Part shown: one piece after another, positions 20,637 to 31,390 of the stretch
How positions within the stretch are numbered: position 1 is the first letter of the stretch
Layout: every line of letters starts with the position of its first letter
Assembly: GCA_038727515.1 (NCBI GenBank)
Contig: JAVYVS010000002.1
Span: forward strand, 224,001 to 288,000
DNA from: Candidatus Methanomethylicia archaeon
GTDB taxonomy: Archaea > Thermoproteota > Methanomethylicia > Culexarchaeales > Culexarchaeaceae
Length of the DNA: 64,000 nucleotides
Direction: 5' to 3'
Notes under the pieces: model-generated
Told to the model about the DNA's origin: nothing
The model's database searches: none
Seen by the model: the letters and a program-made list of their open reading frames with translations, nothing else
Made by a program: the position numbers and the translations under genes

Positions 20637-21320
20637 GTGGATGTTATGTCTGTTTTTATATCGCAGGAGGTTAAAAGTAGTTTTCCAGATATAAAGTTGT
20701 GTACTGCTTTAGTTTCAGATGTGGATGTAAATGTACATACACCTTTGCTGGATGAAGAGTTTCTCAATATTGAAAGAGAGATTAAAGGTAAATTATCATT
20801 GGATTCTTTGAAGGATTATGGTAATATTAGGATTTATAGAGATTTCTATTGGCGTATTGGTATTGATCCAACGAAACAGAGACCTGCAGCTGAAGCTTTG
20901 ATTAGACGTATTCTTCAAGGGCGTTCTATACCAAGAATAAATGCTGCTGTAGATTGTATTAATCTTGCTTCAATAAAATTTATGGTTTCAATTGCTGCAT
21001 ATGATTTCGATAAGATCGTTGGAAAGATAAATCTAAGATTTTCTAGAGATGGAGAATTATTTCTTGGTATTGGTGAATCAGAGTTTAAACCTATACCTAA
21101 ACAACTTGTTTTAGCTGATGATGAAAAGATAGTTGGATTGTATCCCCATAGAGATTCTGAACTTTCAAAAATAACTCCTTTAACTAAGAATATCATTATG
21201 ATTTCTTGTGGTGTTCCAGGGATCTCCATCGATGTATTATTTAATGCTATTGATTTTGCATCTAAACTTCTAGAGAATTATTGTCATGGTAAAACTCTAT
21301 GGATTAAACCTGTATATTGA
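20637..21320 (+). CDS. Stand-alone B3/4 domain protein (PheRS-beta editing-like)
   Basis: YRDFYWRIGIDPTKQRPAAEALIRR, PRINAAVD..N..S, YDFDKI, YPHRDS. Confidence 0.88.
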   Translation: MDVMSVFISQEVKSSFPDIKLCTALVSDVDVNVHTPLLDEEFLNIEREIKGKLSLDSLKDYGNIRIYRDFYWRIGIDPTKQRPAAEALIRRILQGRSIPRINAAVDCINLASIKFMVSIAAYDFDKIVGKINLRFSRDGELFLGIGESEFKPIPKQLVLADDEKIVGLYPHRDSELSKITPLTKNIIMISCGVPGISIDVLFNAIDFASKLLENYCHGKTLWIKPVY

Positions 21321-22029
21321 TTTTATACCATAACTCCCTTAGTACTGGTATCTTTGAAATCTTACTTTTATCTATTAAATTCCAATATATCCCCTTAGGT
21401 TTTTCCCTTATCCTATTTGTTGTTATGATCTTTGTTGGTGTTACTATGATATCTACTGGAACATCATATGGATCTACTTTAAAATCGTAATCTACAATTT
21501 GTATATCGTGAACTGTTGTTATAACTGGAGTTTCCTCTTCAACTTTCCCATATTCTCTAGCTAAACCCCATTCTATTTCAGAGTATCCTTCACCCTTCCC
21601 TATCCTATTACCACGTTTATTTACAGCTACACTTCCAACTATCACTAGATCTATTTTTGGTAGGTCCTCCGGTTTTACTTCCACACCATACTTAAATGCA
21701 CCTTTAATTGTAGATGCATAATCATAATTTTTCCTTTCAATTTTATTTGGATCTAGCAGTAGGAATCCATTGGAAATTCTTGGGGTTGGCATTATCAATA
21801 TCTTACCCCAATTTAATGCTAATCTCCTAACACTTTTCTGCGGAGAATCAGGATTCACCTTAACTACTCTAGCCCTCTTCCATATTTCCAATGTTATTAA
21901 TTTTTCTGCTGCTTTTTCAGCTCCAATGAAGTTTGGTATTCTACCATAAGCTCCTGGGAAAACTGCTATTCCTTCCTCCTCCATTTTCCTCCATATTTCC
22001 TCTCTAATCTTTTGTTTTTCATAGATCAT
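21304..22029 (-). CDS. 5-formyltetrahydrofolate cyclo-ligase-like protein (MTHFSD/COG0212 type)
   Basis: [20 protein letters not shown]...[24 protein letters not shown]. Confidence 0.88.
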   Translation of the reverse strand: MIYEKQKIREEIWRKMEEEGIAVFPGAYGRIPNFIGAEKAAEKLITLEIWKRARVVKVNPDSPQKSVRRLALNWGKILIMPTPRISNGFLLLDPNKIERKNYDYASTIKGAFKYGVEVKPEDLPKIDLVIVGSVAVNKRGNRIGKGEGYSEIEWGLAREYGKVEEETPVITTVHDIQIVDYDFKVDPYDVPVDIIVTPTKIITTNRIREKPKGIYWNLIDKSKISKIPVLRELWYKINIQV

Positions 22030-22035
22030 TGATTA

Positions 22036-23844
22036 TCACTTTGAAATGGTTTTCATTGATATAGTTATTATTCTTATGGAATTGTTTATTGCATCCAAAA
22101 GCTTTTTCCTTTCTCTTAATATTTTTGTCTCCCAAAGCCTCATTTCATCATCCTCTATATTTAAATCCATTATCTTATTGATTATACTGTATAATACTGG
22201 TATTGGCTTCCCAGTTAGATAATATCCATATGGATCATAATCATATCTTCCAGCTTCAGTTGTAAGTATATGTGAAAGTTCATGGCTTATTCTTATTAAA
22301 GCTTTATTTATTATATTTAATTTGAAATTCACTTCATCTACCAATCCTTTAATTTCATATTCCCTTTTCACATCTTCTTTACATTTTTCAAATTCTTCTA
22401 ATACTTCATAAAGTATTTTTGCTCTTTCTATTGTATCGTTAATGCTAATATTAGTTTTTGTTTTTATAATGTCTTCATAGTATTCTAGATTTCTCAGTAA
22501 ATTTTTTACAACAACCATATGGTTGTATGGTATTATTATTGAATTGCATAGTCTGAATATAAGTTTTAGATAGAATTCCATGTGTTTCTCATATAGTTTT
22601 AGATCTATTTTGTCTATTGTGTCAGCTTCACTATGTAACCATGGACTTAGTGTAGCATAATTCAATTCTTTAACTTTTTCCTCCGTATATTGTGTGCTGA
22701 AGGATATGTATGGTATCCCAATACCCATGAAGGATTCGTCTCCACCCATATATGGTTGCTTCCAAACACCATCAACACCCCAAACTTCTCTAACAACTTC
22801 TAATGCGAAATCTCTTAATTCCAATGAACATCTAACTGTTGGTACCTCTGTCCCAATTATTCCAGGATTATCAATATTTACATATGCTATGCAATTCTCA
22901 TCTAATATACTCCAATACTTATCTACAAACCATGCTGAACCTGCTGCTTCAGCTATTTCATGCCCATCCCAAAATCCAAATATAACATTTCTATTCAACT
23001 CCCCTTTATACTTCGATAGAACTTTTGCAATTTCCATCATCATAGCATTTCCACTGGAATTACATATTGCAGTTTTACCCCATGCTTCCAAATGTCCACC
23101 TACAACTATAAACTCCTCTTTTCCATTATTTATGTCTACCATTGGTTGTGTTGCTTTCACCCATAAATTTTCCGAAGCTCCATATAACCAAACTTTTACT
23201 TCCCCTTTCTCCCTTATCAACTTCTTTAGATATTCTCCAGCCGCCCTCGTTATGCTTATAACGGTTATTCTTGGAATTTTAAGCCAACCTTCAGGTGTCG
23301 GATTTCCCCATACAGATTTTATAGCACCCTTTTGTATAACAGGATTTTCCATAGTTCCCCAATTCATTATTATCAATGCTTTTGCACCTAATTCATATGC
23401 TATTCTAGCTTTTTCAGGTCTTGGAGGATCCCAACTCATTTCTGCTAATACTATTTTATTCCTAACATCTTTACCTCTATAATCTTCGTAGCTTCCAGGT
23501 CCAACGTAAATTAGTGATCCACTTATTCCTTCTTCTAATGTTGATAATATATGACCACATGGTTTTGCTTCTATAATCCTTTGTTCTGGTTCTAAAACTT
23601 TTAGTATTGCTTCCTTTGGGTAGCTGTGATATATTGGGAATCTTTCAACCCATGTACTTAAATTATATTTAGATAATTCTTCAACAATATACTTCGCGGC
23701 TTTTTCTATTTCCATGGTTCCAGCAATTCTCTCTCCAACTTCCTCCACTAAATATCTCATATATTCAAAGGCTTTTTGTACTGATGCATCTTTAAGGATT
23801 TTTCCTTCAATTTCTTGTTTTATTACAATGTTTTTCATCATCAA
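22036..23844 (-). CDS. M28 family metallopeptidase with PA domain (variant ligands)
   Basis: RIAGT..E..AA, PA domain (YVGPGS..DY..KDV.NKIVL), GHLEAW, NID, LHSEADT. Confidence 0.82.
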   Translation of the reverse strand: MMMKNIVIKQEIEGKILKDASVQKAFEYMRYLVEEVGERIAGTMEIEKAAKYIVEELSKYNLSTWVERFPIYHSYPKEAILKVLEPEQRIIEAKPCGHILSTLEEGISGSLIYVGPGSYEDYRGKDVRNKIVLAEMSWDPPRPEKARIAYELGAKALIIMNWGTMENPVIQKGAIKSVWGNPTPEGWLKIPRITVISITRAAGEYLKKLIREKGEVKVWLYGASENLWVKATQPMVDINNGKEEFIVVGGHLEAWGKTAICNSSGNAMMMEIAKVLSKYKGELNRNVIFGFWDGHEIAEAAGSAWFVDKYWSILDENCIAYVNIDNPGIIGTEVPTVRCSLELRDFALEVVREVWGVDGVWKQPYMGGDESFMGIGIPYISFSTQYTEEKVKELNYATLSPWLHSEADTIDKIDLKLYEKHMEFYLKLIFRLCNSIIIPYNHMVVVKNLLRNLEYYEDIIKTKTNISINDTIERAKILYEVLEEFEKCKEDVKREYEIKGLVDEVNFKLNIINKALIRISHELSHILTTEAGRYDYDPYGYYLTGKPIPVLYSIINKIMDLNIEDDEMRLWETKILRERKKLLDAINNSIRIITISMKTISK

Positions 23845-23901
23845 TATATCTTTATGGATAGCTTCATATAAGCATTTCCAAATAATAATTATTGATTTAC
23901 T

Positions 23902-25278
23902 ATGGATTACAATGAACTTCTAAAATTTGTAGATGATTCTTCTAGTGAGATTATCTCCTTCCTTAGATCTATTATACGTTTTAATACGTCTAATCCTCCT
24001 GGAAATGAACTTCCATTAGCTCAATACATATATGATTTCCTTTCACGTGAAGGTTTAAATTGTGAAGTTATTGAATCTAGTGAAGGTAGGGGGAACGTTA
24101 TTGCATATCTCCCTGGTGAAGATGATTCAAAACGTCTATTATATCTATCACATTTAGATGTTGTTCCACCTGGAGATTTATCGCTTTGGAGTTATGATCC
24201 TTTTTCAGCTAATATGGATGGAAATTGGATTTATGGTAGAGGAGCTTTAGATTGTAAAAGCCTAGTTACTGCAGAAGTTTTTTCTTTGGTTTTACTTAAA
24301 CGTTTAGGTATTAAACCAAAGTATAAGATAATTTTAGCTGCTACAGCTGATGAAGAAACTGGTGGTTATAGAGGTATTGGATGGATAGCCTCTAAATATC
24401 CTGAGAAGGTTAAAGCTGATTATGTTATTAATGAGGGTGGTGGATTGCCCATTAGAGGTAGGGGTGGTAAACTAGTGTATTTAGTGGATGTATGTGAAAA
24501 GGGTTATTGTAATGTTAAGATTAAGGTTAGTGGTAGAGGTGGGCATTCTTCAGTTCCATATACTAGTGATAATGCATTATATTTAATGAGTTTAATTGTT
24601 AAGAGATTATATGAATGTGAACCACCAACATATAAATTTGAAATTGTGGAGGAAAGTTTTAAAAAGATTTTTAAACATTTTGCTGGTTTTCTAGGTTCTA
24701 TATTGGCGTCAATGATATTTTCTCCACTACGTGGATTAGCCTTTAAACTTATCTCAAAATTTGAACCTAATATGGTTAATTTTATTAAATCGCTTATGGG
24801 TATGACCATAGCTCCAACCATTGTTAGAAGTGGTGAAAAGGAGAATGTTATTCCAAGTTCAGCTGAAATTACAGTTAATTGTAGACTTTTACCGGGACAA
24901 GATGATGGATACGTAAAATCAGTATTGAAAGAAGTTTTAAAGGGATTTGAGAAGGTTGATATAAATGTTTTAAGTTGGTTTCCAGCCTCCTACTCCCCTA
25001 TAGATTCAGCTTTCTTTAATGTGATGGAATCTACATTAAAATTGATATTACCAGGCTATGATGTTAGCATAGCTCCATTTGTTATGCCTGGATCTTCTGA
25101 TAGTAGATTTTTAAGGGGTTTAGGAGCGAATGTCTATGGTTTTTCACCATTAAACCCAAAATTGAAGTATAGTGAATTAATGAATTTAGCCCATGGAGTT
25201 AATGAGAGGATTGATGTTGAAAGTTTAATTCTATCCACAAAATACTTGACACTTTTACCATTAAAATTAAATTTTTGA
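23902..25278 (+). CDS. M20/M25/M40 family peptidase/deacylase
   Basis: SNPPGNE, SHLDVVP, YGRGALDCK, ADEE.GG, NEGGG, GHSSVP, AHGVNER. Confidence 0.92.
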   Translation: MDYNELLKFVDDSSSEIISFLRSIIRFNTSNPPGNELPLAQYIYDFLSREGLNCEVIESSEGRGNVIAYLPGEDDSKRLLYLSHLDVVPPGDLSLWSYDPFSANMDGNWIYGRGALDCKSLVTAEVFSLVLLKRLGIKPKYKIILAATADEETGGYRGIGWIASKYPEKVKADYVINEGGGLPIRGRGGKLVYLVDVCEKGYCNVKIKVSGRGGHSSVPYTSDNALYLMSLIVKRLYECEPPTYKFEIVEESFKKIFKHFAGFLGSILASMIFSPLRGLAFKLISKFEPNMVNFIKSLMGMTIAPTIVRSGEKENVIPSSAEITVNCRLLPGQDDGYVKSVLKEVLKGFEKVDINVLSWFPASYSPIDSAFFNVMESTLKLILPGYDVSIAPFVMPGSSDSRFLRGLGANVYGFSPLNPKLKYSELMNLAHGVNERIDVESLILSTKYLTLLPLKLNF

Positions 25279-25743
25279 TTTTAATTTATTATCTTCACAT
25301 ATTATTTCCATTAATATTTTTATGGTATCTTCAACGAATTTCATACATTTCTTCTCCTTTAAATTCTCTATTCTAAATTTTTCTCTATCCTCTTCCTTTA
25401 TTAGTTTTAAGCCTATTAGCTTTTCACAGTGTATTTCACCATGTATTTTTCGGAATTTGCATATTAACTCCTGAACTTTCTCCATACATTTTTCATATGT
25501 AATTAAATCCTCTGGGATATCTCTACCATATATTGCACTTATAATCATTATTCCTGCACCTATTGCTCCACATACTTCTCCAATTCTACCTATCCCAGCT
25601 GAGAATCCTGTAGCTATTCGTGGTGTTAACCATTCAGGTATTTTTGCTCTTTTATTTAATGCTATTATTACTGATTCTGCACATGAATACCCTTTTCTCA
25701 TCCCATTTAAAGCTTCATCTAATACTTCCCTATCTATCTCCAT
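25267..25743 (-). CDS. C_GCAxxG_C_C family putative redox-active protein
   Basis: YSCAESV, GEVCGAIGAG, IHCEKL, KKCMKFV. Confidence 0.88.
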   Translation of the reverse strand: MEIDREVLDEALNGMRKGYSCAESVIIALNKRAKIPEWLTPRIATGFSAGIGRIGEVCGAIGAGIMIISAIYGRDIPEDLITYEKCMEKVQELICKFRKIHGEIHCEKLIGLKLIKEEDREKFRIENLKEKKCMKFVEDTIKILMEIICEDNKLKSKI

Positions 25744-25791
25744 TGAAATTAGTTAATGTTAAGTTATATATAGTATTTACCCTATCTATTA

Positions 25792-27189
25792 TTGATGGAT
25801 ATGTTTTCTCTAGATGAAATTCTAAGTATCATAGATAGTGTTTTTGAAAAACCAATAAAATCTGATTTTACTGAAGTGAGATTTCATGGGCGTAGAGAAC
25901 TATCTGTTTTAGTTAGGAATGGTGAGGTTGAAAGGATTGGTCATGGTTTTATAGCTGGATTTTGTGCTAGAAGCCTTGTTAATGGAAGTTGGGGTTTTTC
26001 TTCTACAACTAAATTGTCTCTTGATGATGTTAAATCAATTATTGATGCTTCAATTAATTCTGCGAGAGCTTCACGTAAATATATGGGTAGAAGGATTTCT
26101 TTGGGTGATAGAAAAAGTTTTAGAGATACTTACGTTACACCCATGAAGAAGGATCCAGTTAATGTTGATGTTAATGATATTGTTAGAGAAGCTCTTAATG
26201 TTCATGAACATGTTAGGAGTATATCGCCATTAATAACTCTTGATACTATTAGTATTGGATTTGTTGATGATTATCTTGCTTATGCTAGTAGTGATGGCTC
26301 ATTTATTATTCAGAGGATTGTTAGATGTTCTGGTACATGTTCTGTTGCTGCTAGGGAAGCTGGAAATATAGCTTCTGGATTTGAGAGTGTTGGAGCTCAA
26401 TCTGGATTTGAAATATTTGATGAAACTCCTCTATTAAATGCTGCTGAAACTGCTGCTAAGCGTGCCGTTAGACTTGTAAATGCAGGTTTACCTAAAGGTG
26501 GATATTCCACAGTAGTTTTGGATAGAGATATCGTTGGCTTATTAGCTCATGAAGCTGTTGGTCATACTGCTGAAGCAGATCTAGTTTACTCTGGTAGTTA
26601 TTTGGCTGGTAAAATTGGTGTTGAAATTGCTTCTCCATTAATAACTCTCGTTGATGATGGTAGATTTGAAAGAGGTTTTGGAACTATGATGTATGATGAT
26701 GAAGGAACCCCAACCCAAAGAACTGTGATTATAGAAAGGGGGATTTGTAAAAGCTATATGCATTCTAGGGAGACAGCTTATGAAATGGGTTTTGAACCTA
26801 CTGGTAACGCTAGGGCATGGACCTTTGAATATGATCCAATAATACGTATGCGTAATACGTATATTGAAGCTGGTGATCATAGTCTTGAAGAATTAATTGA
26901 AGGTGTAGAGCATGGATATCTATTAATTGGTGGGAGAGGTGGTCAAGCTGATTCAACTGGTGAATTCATGTTTGGTGTTCAAGAAACCATAGAGATAAAG
27001 AATGGTAAACTTGGAGATCATTATAGAGGGGTAACTATTAGTGGAAATGCATTTGATGTTTTAAAGGCTGTAGATGCTGTTGGTAAAGATTTTGCTTTAA
27101 GGAGGGGTATGTGTGGTAAAGAGCAGCCTAATTATGTTGGTATGGGTGGACCAAGTATTAGAACTAAGGTTATTGTGGGTGGGAGGTGA
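25792..27189 (+). CDS. tldD: TldD family metalloprotease
   Basis: HEAVGH..EAD, YDDEG, TGNARA, RMRNTYI, CGK.Q, GGP. Confidence 0.93.
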   Translation: MMDMFSLDEILSIIDSVFEKPIKSDFTEVRFHGRRELSVLVRNGEVERIGHGFIAGFCARSLVNGSWGFSSTTKLSLDDVKSIIDASINSARASRKYMGRRISLGDRKSFRDTYVTPMKKDPVNVDVNDIVREALNVHEHVRSISPLITLDTISIGFVDDYLAYASSDGSFIIQRIVRCSGTCSVAAREAGNIASGFESVGAQSGFEIFDETPLLNAAETAAKRAVRLVNAGLPKGGYSTVVLDRDIVGLLAHEAVGHTAEADLVYSGSYLAGKIGVEIASPLITLVDDGRFERGFGTMMYDDEGTPTQRTVIIERGICKSYMHSRETAYEMGFEPTGNARAWTFEYDPIIRMRNTYIEAGDHSLEELIEGVEHGYLLIGGRGGQADSTGEFMFGVQETIEIKNGKLGDHYRGVTISGNAFDVLKAVDAVGKDFALRRGMCGKEQPNYVGMGGPSIRTKVIVGGR

Positions 27190-28541
27190 AGGTTATGTCT
27201 TCACTATTTGAGATTGCTGAGAAATCTGTTAAAATTGCTTGTAGGGAAGGTGCAAATGAAGCTGAAGCTTATGTAGAGCGTAGTAAAGTCTTAGAAGTCT
27301 TCTTAGAACGTAATGATTTTAAGACTGTTAGAGTTAAGTGGCATATGGGTATTGGTGTTAGAGCAATTTATGATAAGAGGATTGGATTCGCATATGCTTC
27401 AAGTCTTAAACCTTCAGATATTGATTGGGTTTCTAAGAAGGCTGTTGAAAATTCTAAGTTATCTCCAAAATTGAAGGATTGGGTTTCACTTCCACATCCA
27501 ATGCCTCTACCAAGAGTTGAGGGAACATTTTGTAATGACATTGCAAATATATCTGAAGAACAACTTGTGGATTTAGCTAAGAGAAGTTATGATGCTATTT
27601 TTGAAGCTGATAAGAGAGCTAAATGTGATGATGGTAAGATCTCAGCTGTTATTGAGGAGACTGTTATAGCTAATAGTAATGGTATTCTAGTTGGTGAAGA
27701 AGGTACTGCTATTAGTGGTTATATTGTTTGTGTAGCTTCTGAAGCTGGTAAAACCTCTAGTTTCGCCACTGGAATTAGTAATGCACGTTTACTATCTCAA
27801 TTTAACCCTGAAGATATGGGTCGTGAAGCAGCTCTATTAGCTGTTAGATCTCTTAATCCACGTAAAATTGGGTCTTTTACTGGTGATGTTATATTGGAGT
27901 GGACGCCAGTATCAAGTATACTAATACCTGTTATCAATTTTAGTGTTAATGCAGATATGGTTCAGAGAAAGAGTAGTTTATGGGCTGGTAAGATTGGTGA
28001 AAAAGTTCTTTCTGATGTTATTAATATCGTTGATAATGGTGTAATACCTGGTGGAATGGCTACATCTATGTTTGATGGTGAAGGTGTAGCTAGAAGGGAA
28101 ACTGTATTGATTTCTTCTGGAATTTTAAGGAATTATCTTTATGATTCATATACTGCTTTTAAAGAATCTAAGGAAAGTACTGGTAATGCTGGTAGACCAT
28201 CTTATGCATCTATACCTTCAATTTCACCATCAAATCTAATAATGTATGAAGGTTCTAAAAGTATTGATGAACTCATTTTAGAAGTAGATAAGGGATTGCT
28301 TGTTGGTAGGTTTAGTGGTAATATTGAACCTGCTTCAGGTCTATTTTCTGGAACTGTTAAACAAAGTGTTTATATTGAGGATGGAGAAGTAAAGTTTGCT
28401 GTTGAAGAGACTATGATATCTGGAAATGTATTTCAACTTTTAAATAGAGATGTTATTCTTGGTAAACCTAGGAGAGTTATTGGTAATACCCAAATTCCAC
28501 CAGTATTATTGAGAGATGTAAATATAATATCAAAAACATAA
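27186..28541 (+). CDS. pmbA: PmbA/TldE family protein
   Basis: GA.EAEAY, FDGEG, STGNAGR; lacks HExxH; overlaps tldD. Confidence 0.9.
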   Translation: MKVMSSLFEIAEKSVKIACREGANEAEAYVERSKVLEVFLERNDFKTVRVKWHMGIGVRAIYDKRIGFAYASSLKPSDIDWVSKKAVENSKLSPKLKDWVSLPHPMPLPRVEGTFCNDIANISEEQLVDLAKRSYDAIFEADKRAKCDDGKISAVIEETVIANSNGILVGEEGTAISGYIVCVASEAGKTSSFATGISNARLLSQFNPEDMGREAALLAVRSLNPRKIGSFTGDVILEWTPVSSILIPVINFSVNADMVQRKSSLWAGKIGEKVLSDVINIVDNGVIPGGMATSMFDGEGVARRETVLISSGILRNYLYDSYTAFKESKESTGNAGRPSYASIPSISPSNLIMYEGSKSIDELILEVDKGLLVGRFSGNIEPASGLFSGTVKQSVYIEDGEVKFAVEETMISGNVFQLLNRDVILGKPRRVIGNTQIPPVLLRDVNIISKT

Positions 28542-28583
28542 TTTTATCGCAACATTTTTCTATTATTTTAATCAAATGAGTAT

Positions 28584-29075
28584 TTGAGTTACATGTTTGT
28601 TATACATATATTGAATGTTAAAGATTGGTTTAACTTTTTAAGTGAATTTGAAAAATTTATTAAGAGTGATGAATTTCGTAGAGTTTCAAAGTTTTCCAAT
28701 ACCTATATTAAGATGCGTTTTCATGGTACATTACTATTGGATGTTGATGGAATTAAGAGTGTTGGTGATTTTGAATATTGGGATATTTATGGTGATGGTA
28801 ATCTCATTGGATATTTAGAGGTTGCATATATGGATCAACACTTCTTTTCATTATCTGTTGAAGCTATAGATGCCCTTTTAAGCGATGAGGATTTAAAGGA
28901 GTTTATGTTGAGTGGTGCTCGTTGGGCTTCCCCCGTCTCTCCAATATCTTTATCCTTAAGCTTTGATGTTTCTGATGAAGTTAAAAACTTGATAAATGTT
29001 TTTGTTTCAAATTATCGAGATGATTACCCCAATCAAATTGCTATGAAATTTGCTCCTAGAGCTATTATATGTTGA
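28584..29075 (+). CDS. Hypothetical protein
   Basis: Gap-filling ORF with plus-strand-type codon usage; no motif recognised. Confidence 0.65.
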   Translation: MSYMFVIHILNVKDWFNFLSEFEKFIKSDEFRRVSKFSNTYIKMRFHGTLLLDVDGIKSVGDFEYWDIYGDGNLIGYLEVAYMDQHFFSLSVEAIDALLSDEDLKEFMLSGARWASPVSPISLSLSFDVSDEVKNLINVFVSNYRDDYPNQIAMKFAPRAIIC

Positions 29076-29084
29076 TGGTTTATA

Positions 29085-29933
29085 CTAAATTTTAATCCAT
29101 TTTCTACCCTTTTCCTCTAGATATCTTATTGTCATTTCTCTATGGTTTCTTTTTAAACCCTTCCATTCTATTAATACATAGTTCACTTCTTCATCATTTC
29201 TTTTAATTGCCATTTCCAGCTCCCTTTCAGTTATCTTGTCATATACATATTCAGGTATTATATGTCCTATAGCATATTCTGTTTCAAGGATTTTCCTTGT
29301 AAATGTTGGTGCATAATGTGGTCCTCCAAGTCCTATGGCAACTTTATATTCATTACATTTCATTTTAAATCTGTTTTCTATAACTTTAATTATTGCTTCT
29401 GAAACTATGTATGCTGCTCTTTCATCCCTCCAATTTTCTTCTACGCTTCCAAGTTCTATGAATATTGTTGGTGTATTTTCTACGTATGGGCCGTGATGAG
29501 TTACTTCTAATCCAACTTTATACTCACTTAGATTATTTTCTCTAGTTAATTTCTCCATTTCATTTACAGCTATTTTCAGAGCTTTTGGAGATGCTATTGC
29601 TATTTTTCTTGATTCTCCACCTAAACTTGTATCTTCAGTCCAATTTCCAGGTGTATGCGATAGTAATGCTGGTATCCTACTTTCTGCTGAGTGTCTAGAT
29701 GCAAATATAAATAATTCTGCTTTAAATTTATCTTCAAGTTTTTCAGCATATATTGAATCTACTGGTATTTCTACAATTAATGCTTCAATATTTTTGTTAC
29801 GATATACCTTTATGCCACTTGAATACTCCATTTTAAAATTATGATTTCTAATTAACTGATTTTTTATGTTTTGTGCCGCTATATCATTTATTGATGCAAA
29901 TACTATTACCCTTGATTCTATTATTATAGTCAT
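29085..29933 (-). CDS. dtdA: D-aminoacyl-tRNA deacylase (archaeal DTD2)
   Basis: FASRHS, HTPGN, EVTHHGP, FIELGS, GLGGPHYAP, GHIIP.Y. Confidence 0.93.
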   Translation of the reverse strand: MTIIIESRVIVFASINDIAAQNIKNQLIRNHNFKMEYSSGIKVYRNKNIEALIVEIPVDSIYAEKLEDKFKAELFIFASRHSAESRIPALLSHTPGNWTEDTSLGGESRKIAIASPKALKIAVNEMEKLTRENNLSEYKVGLEVTHHGPYVENTPTIFIELGSVEENWRDERAAYIVSEAIIKVIENRFKMKCNEYKVAIGLGGPHYAPTFTRKILETEYAIGHIIPEYVYDKITERELEMAIKRNDEEVNYVLIEWKGLKRNHREMTIRYLEEKGRKWIKI

Positions 29934-29964
29934 TTAATTTCATTAATTGATTGTCCATCTAGAT

Positions 29965-31218
29965 TTAAATCATTTTCCCAGTTCTAAATAGCCTTGGGAA
30001 TGAAACTGCATCTCTTATATGCTCTAGTTTACAGATCCACCATGTTAATCTATCTATACCCATTCCAAATCCTGCGTGTGGTACAGATCCATATCTCCTC
30101 AAATCTAAGTACCAATCATAATTTTCTGGGTTAAATCCTTCAGCCCTTATCCTACTCACCAATTTATCTATATCATCTTCCCTTTCTCCTCCGGTTGCCA
30201 TTTCCCCATAACCTTCTGGTGCAAGTAAATCTACTGTAGCTCCCATTCCAGGTTTATCCTTCATTTCCTTCACATAAAATGGTTTATACTTTAATGGGTA
30301 ACCCACTAGGAATATGGGTTCTTTAAGTTGATTTGTTAAGAAATATTCTTCATCTCCACCAATTTCATCTCCAATTTCTATTTTTACATTTAGTGTTTTC
30401 AATTTCTCTATGGCTTCTTCATAACTTATCCTTTTGAATGGTGTTTTTATCTCCATTAATTCGTTTGGATCTCTACCTAGAAATTTAAGTTCATATTTAC
30501 ATTTTTCAGCTACTGATTGGCATATGTATGATAGGAGTTCTTCTTCTAGCTTCATTAATCCATTGAGATCCATCCATGCAGCTTCAGCTTCTAAATGCCA
30601 GAATTCTGCTAAATGTCTTCTAGTCCTAGATTTCTCAGCTCTAAATGATGGCGCTAAACACCAAACTTTTTCATACGTAAATATCATTACTTCTAGGTAT
30701 AATTGTGAACTTTGAGTTAAATATGCTGGTGTATCAAAGTAATCTATTTTGAAGAGTGTAGCCCCCCCTTCACATGCTGTTGTCACTATTATTGGTGGTG
30801 AAACTTCTATGTATCCATTGTTTATAAAGAATTCTCTACTTGCCTTCAGTATCTCACTTCTAACTTTAAATATTGCTTGGTATCTCGGTCCCCTTATAGC
30901 TAAATGTCTTTTCTCCATTAATACTTCAGGTGAATGCTCCTTTTTCCCAAGTGGATATGGTGATTCTGCTAAATGAACTATCTCTAGATTTTTAACAATG
31001 AATTCTTTACCTCTTGGAGCTCTATCTTCAATCTTCCATTCACCATGTAATACTATACTTGATTCTTGAGTTAATTTTTCAGCTTTACTCCAATTTTCCT
31101 CGTCAACAGATTCCCTTCTTACAATACATTGAGTTATTCCTTCTCCGTTCCTTAAATCTATAAATATTATTCCTCCATGCTCTCTCTTCCTCAAAACCCA
31201 TCCACGTATTTCCTCCAT
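29965..31218 (-). CDS. asnS: Asparaginyl-tRNA synthetase
   Basis: OB fold (IRGWV..FIDLR), CEGGATLF, YLTQSSQLYLE, FRAEKSRTRRHLAEFWHLEAE, YGSVPHAGFGMG. N-terminus is unusually short, with an in-frame TAG a few codons upstream. Confidence 0.92.
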   Translation of the reverse strand: MEEIRGWVLRKREHGGIIFIDLRNGEGITQCIVRRESVDEENWSKAEKLTQESSIVLHGEWKIEDRAPRGKEFIVKNLEIVHLAESPYPLGKKEHSPEVLMEKRHLAIRGPRYQAIFKVRSEILKASREFFINNGYIEVSPPIIVTTACEGGATLFKIDYFDTPAYLTQSSQLYLEVMIFTYEKVWCLAPSFRAEKSRTRRHLAEFWHLEAEAAWMDLNGLMKLEEELLSYICQSVAEKCKYELKFLGRDPNELMEIKTPFKRISYEEAIEKLKTLNVKIEIGDEIGGDEEYFLTNQLKEPIFLVGYPLKYKPFYVKEMKDKPGMGATVDLLAPEGYGEMATGGEREDDIDKLVSRIRAEGFNPENYDWYLDLRRYGSVPHAGFGMGIDRLTWWICKLEHIRDAVSFPRLFRTGKMI

Positions 31219-31390
31219 ATTTTCATCCTCAAACTACATGTTACATTATCTATAGAGCTCTTCTACTTAATTATTTTATCTATTTTTTATTGAAAAAAAA
31301 TATTATAAGTTTATTTACTTGTGAATTTTTATATGATTTCTTCAATCTTTTTTCATGAATTTATTGTTTAAAATAAAAAAATTTTTGTTT

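Noticed and set aside
22694-23482. 262-aa plus-strand ORF
   Set aside because: Entirely antisense to the M28 peptidase; low-complexity F/S/I/P composition typical of shadow ORFs.
31219-31390. Very AT-rich 170-nt intergenic region as a possible origin or ncRNA
   Set aside because: No ORB-like repeats, C/D boxes or stable stem recognised; explained by the ferredoxin terminator plus the asnS promoter.
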